The notes under the pieces were generated by a model, which saw only the letters and a program-made list of their open reading frames with translations, made no database searches and had not been told where the DNA came from. Both the position numbers and the translations under genes were made by a program. From IMG/VR virus record IMGVR_UViG_3300042691_048032: a stretch of 64,000 nt of DNA. One strand, 5' to 3'. Position 1 is the first letter of the stretch, and each line of letters starts with the position of its first letter. Source of the stretch: an uncultured virus (IMG/VR IMGVR_UViG_3300042691_048032) (lineage: Duplodnaviria > Heunggongvirae > Uroviricota > Caudoviricetes). Below, piece after piece: positions 9,280 through 16,540 of this stretch.

Positions 9280-9352
9280 CGCCCACGGCAGGGATCGAAC
9301 CTGCGGCCTGCGGTTTAGGAAACCGTCGCTCTATCCTCTGAGCTACGCGGGC
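9280..9352 (-). tRNA. tRNA-Arg(CCU)
   Basis: GCCCGCG/CGTGGGC acceptor stem, D arm GCTC...GAGC, anticodon loop TTCCTAA, T loop TTCGATC; CCA not encoded. Confidence 0.92.
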
Positions 9353-9361
9353 AACGCCGGC

Positions 9362-9391
9362 ATCGTACGGCCCCGGGAGGGCGCGGGTCAA
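9362..9391 (-). promoter_or_regulatory. tRNA promoter
   Basis: TTGACC-18 nt-TACGAT. Confidence 0.65.
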
Positions 9392-9733
9392 GCCATCCCG
9401 TGGTATCAGTTCGATACCACCCCGCCGAGGGTCACGCCGCGGGGGCGCCGACATGGCCAGGCCCGCGGCTGGGGCGGTCGACCGGGCCGTCCCCCCGGCG
9501 GGGTGTCCGGGGCGCGCTCCGGGTGTCGGGCCGCTGGTGTCGACCGGCCGGCGCGGCTCGGCCGGCGCTGCTCGACCGGGGGTGCGGCCGGGGCGGGGGA
9601 CGACGCCCGCCGCCCCGGGAGTCACGGGGGGCCGGGGGAAAGTGTCGCGCGAACCTCCGGCGCGGGGATGCGGAAAAGGGGGGAGCGCAAGAGGGTCCCT
9701 CGCGTGTGTGCTGTTTCGGGGGTGCTGATCGGG

Positions 9734-10186
9734 CTAGTCGAGCCCCTCGACACCCGAGTGGCGGGCCGCCTCCGCCCGTGTCGCGCCGAGCCACCTCATG
9801 AGCGTCCGGGCGTAGTAGGGGTTGTTGGTGGTGGTCTCCACCCAGGTCGTGTAGCCGTCGTTGGGGTGCGTTGACGTGGTGACGCGGCTCGTGTGCGTCG
9901 CCGTCTTGATCGTCGTCGTGATCGTGTCGGCCGTGTGCGTCGGCGGGCGGTGCTTCGACCAGGGGCCGAGGATCTGGTCCGGCGTGAGCGACCAGGCCCA
10001 GTGACCCAGCGCGTCCCACTTGCCGGTGTCGTGCGGCCCGTCGTGGCTGTCCGACAGGGACGGGCAGAAGAGGAAGCGCGGCTGCCCCGAGACGTTGAGG
10101 CAGATGAACGGTTCGGGGGTGTCGATCCCCGGGTGCGACCCGCTGTTGACCGCGTAGAGGTAGCCGGTTCGTATGTTGGTTTCCAT
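9734..10186 (-). CDS. hypothetical protein
   Basis: ORF with its own TTGACC-17-TAACGT promoter (10195-10223). Confidence 0.65.
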   Translation of the reverse strand: METNIRTGYLYAVNSGSHPGIDTPEPFICLNVSGQPRFLFCPSLSDSHDGPHDTGKWDALGHWAWSLTPDQILGPWSKHRPPTHTADTITTTIKTATHTSRVTTSTHPNDGYTTWVETTTNNPYYARTLMRWLGATRAEAARHSGVEGLD

Positions 10187-10219
10187 CGGGTTCGACGTTA
10201 GGCGCTGCGCGGCCCGCGG

Positions 10220-10978
10220 TCAACTCGCCGTGAGGTTTCTCATCGTCCTGCCGGCGAAGCGCTTGTTGGCGACGGGGAGGTTGTTGGCGACGATGCCGAT
10301 CCGCGTCGTCGGCGCGGTGATCGCCAGGAGGTCGCTGTCCTCCTGGTCGTAGTAGCCGGCCCGCTCGAGTTCCCCCGCGTTCGGGAACACGTCGGCGTGC
10401 CTGTCGGTGTCGGGGTCGATGAGGTGGTCCTGCTTGCCGCCGTAGGAGAAGATGACCCTCATGTTGTGCGGGAGTCGGGTCTCCTTCAGCATGGCGACCT
10501 CCTTGGTGTACGCGTAGTGCAGGACGTGCGGGTTCTCGGCGGCGATCCGCGCCCAGCGGGAGAGGTACTCGGCGCTGTAGAAGTCGCCGGCGTCGTGGAT
10601 GCGGACGGCCTTGCCCCCGGTGGTGACCCAGTTGCTCATCCAGTCGTCCTCGGGGTCGTGGTCGAGGTCGTGCGGGATCCCCGTGGCGTTCATCCGTTTG
10701 TGGCCGATCTCGGCGCTCATCTGCCGCTCCCAGCGGTCGCCGTCGCGGAGCGTGTACTCGAGGTTGAGCAGGTGCCGCCTCCTGACGTTGGAGAACGCGT
10801 ACGTCCCCATCTTGGCGTAGCAGACCCTCCCGCACTGGCCGGCGTTGGGGCAGGTGTTGAAGCGCGTCCCGTCGGCGAGCTGGACGACGTGGGCGGGGAG
10901 CGTCCAGTTCCAGACGCCGATCCTGCGCAGCTCGCCGTTCTGCGTGAGGAGCCGCTGGGGCCATTCGGTTTCGTTCAT
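10220..10978 (-). CDS. gene product 88 (gp88)-like protein
   Basis: WTLPA...TCPNAGQCGRVCYA (CX5CX3C)...VRIHDAGDFYS...YAYTK. Confidence 0.85.
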   Translation of the reverse strand: MNETEWPQRLLTQNGELRRIGVWNWTLPAHVVQLADGTRFNTCPNAGQCGRVCYAKMGTYAFSNVRRRHLLNLEYTLRDGDRWERQMSAEIGHKRMNATGIPHDLDHDPEDDWMSNWVTTGGKAVRIHDAGDFYSAEYLSRWARIAAENPHVLHYAYTKEVAMLKETRLPHNMRVIFSYGGKQDHLIDPDTDRHADVFPNAGELERAGYYDQEDSDLLAITAPTTRIGIVANNLPVANKRFAGRTMRNLTAS

Positions 10979-11006
10979 GCCGCGAGGTTATTCGCGCCGC
11001 GGCGGT

Positions 11007-11492
11007 TCAGCAGCGGGTCGCCCACGGCCTCCAGCCGCACTTGTTGCGCTGCTGGCTGTAGTTCCACATGGCGAGGCCGGCCCGGAGGTTCGTCCTCGGG
11101 TCGTAGAGGTCGTCGCAGGCGGAGAGGATGCCCTGGGCCTGGAGCCACCCCGAGGGGTTGTACCTGTTCTTGCGGCACCAGTACCCATTGACCTGCATGA
11201 GCCCGCGGCTCCCGCCGTTGGGGTCGGTGCGGTTGTACGACAACGGGTTGCAACGTGATTCGCGGTGCAGGACGTAACTGAGCTTCGGCCACTGCGCCTC
11301 GGTCCAGCCGACCGAGATGGCGAGGTCGTGCCACTCGCCGCACCTGCCGTGGACGAGGCGGGCGAGGCCGGTCCAGTCCACCCCCGACAGGTCGACGGGA
11401 GGCCGGTCGTTGGCCCTGGCGGGCTGTGGCGTGTGGGCCAGCGGGGACGCGAGGACCGCTATGGCGGCGGCGATGACGGTCAGTCTGCGCAC
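11007..11492 (-). CDS. secreted lytic transglycosylase (SLT/lysozyme-like)
   Basis: Signal peptide; HRESRC...GLMQVN...LYDPRTNL...W-x-PW. Confidence 0.85.
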   Translation of the reverse strand: MRRLTVIAAAIAVLASPLAHTPQPARANDRPPVDLSGVDWTGLARLVHGRCGEWHDLAISVGWTEAQWPKLSYVLHRESRCNPLSYNRTDPNGGSRGLMQVNGYWCRKNRYNPSGWLQAQGILSACDDLYDPRTNLRAGLAMWNYSQQRNKCGWRPWATRC

Positions 11493-12097
11493 GGCCTGCT
11501 CCAAGCCTTGAACCCGCACTTGCCCTTGGCGTCGCGCTCGGAGTAGAGCCTCCAAGCGAACTGGAGGTTGTACAGGGGGTTCACCATCGCGTCCATGTCC
11601 CCGTAGAGCATGACGACGTACTCCTCGTGCGTCGCCCTGTTGATCTGCATGAGTCCCCAGTCGCTGCGGTTCCACAGTTCGCTGTAGTGGTTGCCCCACC
11701 TGTCGACGGTCTCGCCGTTCCAGTAGGTGGGGTACGCGCTCTCGGGCCCGATCGGCAGGCACCTCGACTCGCTGTACATCTCGTCGAGGACGTCCGGGAC
11801 GAGGTGGAGGGGCCACCCCGCCTCCACGGCGGTGTCGAACCAGTCGACGCACGGGTGCCAGTTGCGGGACCGGTACTCGGCGAGGGCGACCTGCGCCTCC
11901 GTCGGAGGGGGCGTGGTCGTCGTCGTCGTCGTGGGGGTCGTGGTCGTGGGGGCCGAAGTCGTGCTCGTCGCCCGGGGCGTGGTGGTTGTCGGGAGTGCCG
12001 TGGGGGCCGATGCCCCGTGGGCCTGGCTGGCGATGGCGATGGCGATGGTCGCCGCCGCCGCCCCAATGGCGTAGCCAAGGGTGGTGCGCTTGCGCAT
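11480..12097 (-). CDS. secreted lytic transglycosylase with Thr/Pro linker
   Basis: Signal peptide, poly-Thr linker, SESRC...GLMQIN...NPLYNL; AAGGAG RBS. Confidence 0.85.
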   Translation of the reverse strand: MRKRTTLGYAIGAAAATIAIAIASQAHGASAPTALPTTTTPRATSTTSAPTTTTPTTTTTTTPPPTEAQVALAEYRSRNWHPCVDWFDTAVEAGWPLHLVPDVLDEMYSESRCLPIGPESAYPTYWNGETVDRWGNHYSELWNRSDWGLMQINRATHEEYVVMLYGDMDAMVNPLYNLQFAWRLYSERDAKGKCGFKAWSRPCAD

Positions 12098-12288
12098 GGT
12101 GTGATCTCCTTCTGGTTCTTGCGCGGTCAGGGGGTTTCTTGGGGTGGGGGGCTTGCGCCTCCCGGCCTTACTGGCCCTTGCCGTGGCGTCCCTCCTGAGA
12201 CGCTCCAGTTGGCAACCGGCGACCTTCGTTCCCGTTGTCCTTCCCGTTCCTGTCACGGGGGTCGGCGGGGGTCTCCGTCGTTGGTGTC
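12098..12288 (-). ncRNA. candidate structured 5' leader RNA
   Basis: About 190 nt between promoter and start codon with five consecutive hairpins, one closed by a GCAA tetraloop. Confidence 0.4.
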
Positions 12289-12294
12289 GGGCTG

Positions 12295-12323
12295 ACCCTA
12301 CTGAGTCCGGCGGCGCATTTCAA
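12295..12323 (-). promoter_or_regulatory. sigma-A-like promoter of the transglycosylase operon
   Basis: TTGAAA-17 nt-TAGGGT. Confidence 0.65.
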
Positions 12324-12332
12324 GCACCCTGT

Positions 12333-12367
12333 TTGACGGCAACCCCTCCCGTGGGCTTTGCCGTCAA
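12333..12367. repeat. perfect 10-bp inverted repeat in the divergent intergenic region
   Basis: TTGACGGCAA-15 nt-TTGCCGTCAA. Confidence 0.75.
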
Positions 12368-12435
12368 TGTTGCGCCAGCGGAACCCCTGCTGGGGGTATG
12401 TTTCCGAAAGTGATTCCGACCGGAGGAAAAGTTTC

Positions 12436-14847
12436 GTGGCTGATCTGAGTTTCAAGACATTGGGCGGGCAGGTCGGCGTCGACGACGCCCTCGGCATCGT
12501 GGAGTGCTTCGTGGCCGCCATCGGCAACAAGGACAGCGTCGGCGACATCATCGTCTCCGGGGCGTTCGACAAGTCGCTCAGGCGCAGGAAGCCGAGGGTC
12601 GTGTGGGGGCACGACTGGAACCAGCCGATCGGCAAGGTCATCGACATCTTCGAGGTCGGGGCGAGCGACCCCCGCCTCCCCGGCAAGATGAAGCAGGCCG
12701 GCGTGGGCGCGGTCTACGCCCGCGTCCAGTTCAACCTCAAGTCCGAGAGGGGCAGGGAGGCCTTCTCCTTCGTCCAGTTCTTCGGCGAGGAGCAGGAGTG
12801 GTCGATCGGGTACAAGACGATCGACGCCGTGTACGACCCCAAGGCGCAGGCAAACGTCCTCAAGGAACTGGAGCTCTACGAGGTTTCCCCCGTCCTGCAC
12901 GGGGCCAACCAACTGACGTCCACCCTGTCCGTCAAGGGGGCGAAGAAGGGCGGGGACGACGGCGACGTCACCTCGTTCCGCTCCTCGAAGTGGGAGACGT
13001 TCGATCCGGCGTGGGCGATGAAGCTCCGCGAGGAGCACCCCGAGATCTGGTCGCTGGGCGGGAACATCAAGGGCAACGCCCAGTTCTCGATCCTGTCGAA
13101 GATCCACGAGCAGGGCGGCAAGGCCACGACACCCGACCAGGTCGCCGCGCTGAACCTCCGCGAGGCGTGGGTCGCCCGCCACAAGCAGGACTTCCGCATC
13201 GCCGGCGTCGTCGCGCAGATCAAGTGGCTGGCCGTGGGTACGAGGGGCGAGGGCTACATGAAGAAGCTCGTCGCCGAGGAGATCAAGAGGCGTTCCGAGA
13301 AGTGCGCCCCGATGGGGGCGATGCCGGGCGGGATGATGACCCCGAGGCCGGGGCGCCTCGACGCGGAGGAGGCCGAACTGAGGGACTCGCTCCTGAGGAT
13401 CGTGTCCGTCCACGGCAGGTTCAACGAGGACGAGGACGGCGTTTGGGCCGGCTACACCCCGGCCGACGAGAACGAGGTCGCCGACATCGGCGTGAAGTGC
13501 GCCAACTGCGTGTTCTACAACGGCGGCGGTTCGTGCGACATCATCGCCATGGACGTGGAGCCGGGGGGCAAGTGCCGCTTCGCCGTCATCCCCAAGGGCG
13601 TGGTCAACGTCGACGGCGCGATGGAGGAGGACGAGTACGACGACTTCGGCCCGTGGCTCCCGTCGGGCGACCCCGAAGAGAGGATGAAGTTCCTCGAGGA
13701 GGAGGACGACGACGAGGAGTACGGCCGCCCGATGGGCAAGGCCGCCCCCGGCGCGGACCAGCTGAACCAGATCTCCAGCATCGTCGGGATCGACGCGCCG
13801 CAGGAGCGCGTGACCGGCGACGTCATGCGGGGATACGGGCCGAGGCGCGGGAACCTGGAGAGGCTCCTCAGGTACTGGCGACCGATCATGAAGAAGCCCG
13901 GCGGCTTCCGAAGGTGCCGCGTCATCCTCGCCGACCACCCCGAGCTGTACCCGTTGGAGAACATCTGCGCGTGGCTGCACCACGAGACCACGGGCCTGTG
14001 GCCGAACGAGGGTTGCCACCACCCCGGCATGAAGAACTGCCGCAAGAAGCTCAAGAAGGGCAAGCGGATCGTCCAGGGCTCGCTGTTCAGCGACGCCGAG
14101 TTCGGCAGGAGGCTCGAGTCCCGGTTCGGCAAGTCGTACGAGGAGGCCTTCTCCGAGGGCGACGACTGGAACGACACCGACATGAAGGACTTCATGGTCG
14201 CCCTGAAGGACTTCATGGGCCTCGAGCCGAAGTTCGTCGACTACCTCCGCGACGACGACAACTGGGAGACGGAGGGCGAGGACGACGACGGCGCCACGTT
14301 CGCCGTCCCCTACATGAAGAAGCCCGGGTGCGGTTGCGGCGGCATGAAGTCCGACGGGGACGTCCTCGTCAAGGCCGGCAGGGTGCTTTCGGCGACCAAC
14401 ATCGCCAAGCTCAGGCAGGCGTCCGACCTGATCGCACAGGTGATCTCGTCCGGCGAGGTCCAGGTGAAGGATGCGTCCTACGTGTTCTCCGCCGAGGACG
14501 CCGACGACCTCGTCGACCACATCTCGCCCGTGGTGTCCAACTACGGGTTGTCGGTCTCGGTCAAGTCGCACACGGTGACCATCGGTTCGGAGAACATGAC
14601 CGACGAGGCCTCGGAGGCGATCGGCAATGCGATCGGCTCCTACCTGAGGCACTCGGGCAAGGACGTCGTCCGCGCGAAGTCGGATGTCGCCGCGACCCTC
14701 GACCAGCACAGGGAGTGGATCGCCCCGGTGGCCTCCTACCACGGAATCGGCTACACGGTGAAGGGCGACATGGTCTTCTACGACACCGCAACGGCGAGCG
14801 ACGAGGCCGTCAAGGCGATCGAGACGGCCATGAAGGTGCTGCGATGA
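12436..14847 (+). CDS. HK97-family prohead protease with long multidomain C-terminal extension
   Basis: GNKDSVGDIIVSGAF...WGHDWNQPIGK...WSIGY...LYEVSPVLHGAN; GGAGG RBS before GTG. Confidence 0.9.
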   Translation: MADLSFKTLGGQVGVDDALGIVECFVAAIGNKDSVGDIIVSGAFDKSLRRRKPRVVWGHDWNQPIGKVIDIFEVGASDPRLPGKMKQAGVGAVYARVQFNLKSERGREAFSFVQFFGEEQEWSIGYKTIDAVYDPKAQANVLKELELYEVSPVLHGANQLTSTLSVKGAKKGGDDGDVTSFRSSKWETFDPAWAMKLREEHPEIWSLGGNIKGNAQFSILSKIHEQGGKATTPDQVAALNLREAWVARHKQDFRIAGVVAQIKWLAVGTRGEGYMKKLVAEEIKRRSEKCAPMGAMPGGMMTPRPGRLDAEEAELRDSLLRIVSVHGRFNEDEDGVWAGYTPADENEVADIGVKCANCVFYNGGGSCDIIAMDVEPGGKCRFAVIPKGVVNVDGAMEEDEYDDFGPWLPSGDPEERMKFLEEEDDDEEYGRPMGKAAPGADQLNQISSIVGIDAPQERVTGDVMRGYGPRRGNLERLLRYWRPIMKKPGGFRRCRVILADHPELYPLENICAWLHHETTGLWPNEGCHHPGMKNCRKKLKKGKRIVQGSLFSDAEFGRRLESRFGKSYEEAFSEGDDWNDTDMKDFMVALKDFMGLEPKFVDYLRDDDNWETEGEDDDGATFAVPYMKKPGCGCGGMKSDGDVLVKAGRVLSATNIAKLRQASDLIAQVISSGEVQVKDASYVFSAEDADDLVDHISPVVSNYGLSVSVKSHTVTIGSENMTDEASEAIGNAIGSYLRHSGKDVVRAKSDVAATLDQHREWIAPVASYHGIGYTVKGDMVFYDTATASDEAVKAIETAMKVLR

Positions 14848-14950
14848 TGGCAAGTGGATGCTGTACAGTCTCCGTCTGCGAGACAGCGCGCCCAGCCGCC
14901 ATGGCATCCGCTCAGGAAACGAACCCCAAGGGATAGCGAAGGACAAGAAG

Positions 14951-16216
14951 ATGGACCAAGAGATCAAGCAGTTCGTGGAGGCCGAGGAGAAGCGCATGTA
15001 CTCCGAGGAGAGCCGCACCGAACTCGCCGACCAGGGAATGGCCATGCCCGACGGCTCGTACCCGATCAAGGACGAGGCCGACCTCCGCAACGCCATCCAG
15101 GCGTACGGCAGGGCGAAGGACAAGGAGGCCACCAAGGCGCACATCATCAAGCGCGCCCGCAAGCTCGGCCTGGACGAACTGATCCCGGAGGGCTGGATGG
15201 GGATGGGCAAGTCCGGCGACGAGGACGACGTGGAGGACAAGGACGAGGAGTCCGAGGACGAGAAGGCCGTCGTTCGCGTCGACGCCGCTGGGATGGTCAA
15301 GTCCTGCGCCAAGGGCAAGGTCGCCGATTGTGGCTACAAGAAGGGCGACAAGGTTTGCGGCAAGTGCGGTGCGATGGCCGTGATGACGAAGATCTCCGGT
15401 GACGCCGACTTCGGTGTCGGCATGGAGCGCGAGATGGACGAAGAGGCCCCCGACGAGGACCAGGCCCTGTCCCGCCTCAAGAAGAAGCCGAAGAAGCCGA
15501 TGGGCGACACCACCAGCGACACCACCGAGTCCGAACTCGTCCGCCAGGCCGGTGGAAGCAAGATGAGGCTCGAGAGGATGAAGAAGATCGGCGTGAAGGA
15601 CGCGTCCGACGGCCACTTCATGTGCGCCTTCGAGCGCAAGGTCCTCGCCCCCGAGTCGCCGGCGTGCGAGGGCTGCAAGGGCGGGTGCTTCCCCGTCAAG
15701 GGCGGCCTCGACATCCTCGAGATCGAGGCGATCGCGGAGAAGCAGTACGACGCAGACGTGATCGACTCGGGCTACAGCGACATCTACGACAGGTTCGTCG
15801 TCGACCTGCGCTGCAAGGACGGTCAGATCAAGGAGGCGTTCTACGACGGCTCCGGCAAGGACTGCGGCTGGCTCCCGCTCGAGGAGAACGACCTGGCGAT
15901 CGCCGAGGATGCCATCTCGCCCGACGAGGCGATCGACATCGCCGAGGGCTTCATCGAGGGCAAGAGCCTGACGATCACCGTGAGTTCGTACGAGGGTGGG
16001 ATCTCCTACTGCGTCGAACTCGAGGGCAAGGACGGCTACTCGTACGACGTGTTCGTCGACCCGGTGGAGGGCAAGGTCCTCGGGGCCGACCAGTGGGAGT
16101 ACGAGACGTCGGCCGTTTCGCCGTCGCAACAGAAGGACGACGCCATCATGGCGAGCCTGATGGAGTTCGAGGCGTTGAGCGCAGAGGAAGAACTCCGCGA
16201 GAAGGGCCTCATCTGA
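14951..16216 (+). CDS. head-associated protein: PDGSYPI domain, Cys clusters and PepSY-like repeats
   Basis: AMPDGSYPIKDEADLRNAIQAYGR; ISPDEAIDIAE...YCVELEGKDG...VFVDPVEGKVL. Confidence 0.7.
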   Translation: MDQEIKQFVEAEEKRMYSEESRTELADQGMAMPDGSYPIKDEADLRNAIQAYGRAKDKEATKAHIIKRARKLGLDELIPEGWMGMGKSGDEDDVEDKDEESEDEKAVVRVDAAGMVKSCAKGKVADCGYKKGDKVCGKCGAMAVMTKISGDADFGVGMEREMDEEAPDEDQALSRLKKKPKKPMGDTTSDTTESELVRQAGGSKMRLERMKKIGVKDASDGHFMCAFERKVLAPESPACEGCKGGCFPVKGGLDILEIEAIAEKQYDADVIDSGYSDIYDRFVVDLRCKDGQIKEAFYDGSGKDCGWLPLEENDLAIAEDAISPDEAIDIAEGFIEGKSLTITVSSYEGGISYCVELEGKDGYSYDVFVDPVEGKVLGADQWEYETSAVSPSQQKDDAIMASLMEFEALSAEEELREKGLI

Positions 16217-16229
16217 GGAAGGGAGCGTC

Positions 16230-16532
16230 ATGAAGAAGGTAATGAAGCAGGTCGCGAGGAAGGGCGAGCCGGTCGTCATCGACCTCGGCCCGTTGCCGAC
16301 CGTCGAAGCCGAGGCTGAAGAGGCCAAGGCCGAAGAGGTCGTCGCCGAGCCGAAGGCCGAGGAAACCGAGGTCGCCCCCGAAGCCGAAGCGAAGGTGGAC
16401 GAGCAGCCGGTGGCGGAACCCGCCGCCGAAGAGGCCGAGAAGCACGTGTGCGACGACGCCTGCGACCACGCAGAAGAACCGGCCCCCAAGCGTTCGCGCA
16501 AGAAGCAGGCCGAACCCTCAGACGCCGAATAG
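16230..16532 (+). CDS. acidic low-complexity protein
   Basis: AAGGGAG RBS; E/A/P-rich. Confidence 0.7.
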   Translation: MKKVMKQVARKGEPVVIDLGPLPTVEAEAEEAKAEEVVAEPKAEETEVAPEAEAKVDEQPVAEPAAEEAEKHVCDDACDHAEEPAPKRSRKKQAEPSDAE

Positions 16533-16540
16533 GCAAGGCG

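Noticed and set aside
11910..11990. GTC/GTG triplet repeats as a tandem repeat or CRISPR-like element
   Set aside because: They simply encode the Thr/Pro linker of the transglycosylase.
12098..12288. Canonical c-di-AMP (ydaO) riboswitch call
   Set aside because: Gene context fits and the ends are vaguely similar, but the core CCCGUCAGCUAAC-like consensus is missing.
12364..15318. 984-aa minus-strand ORF, and similar long antisense or off-frame ORFs (e.g. 12504-14936, 32361-34499, 35169-37034, 9432-10964)
   Set aside because: Shadow ORFs produced by strong GC3 bias of real genes; Arg/Pro/Gly-rich or antisense-typical composition with no motifs.
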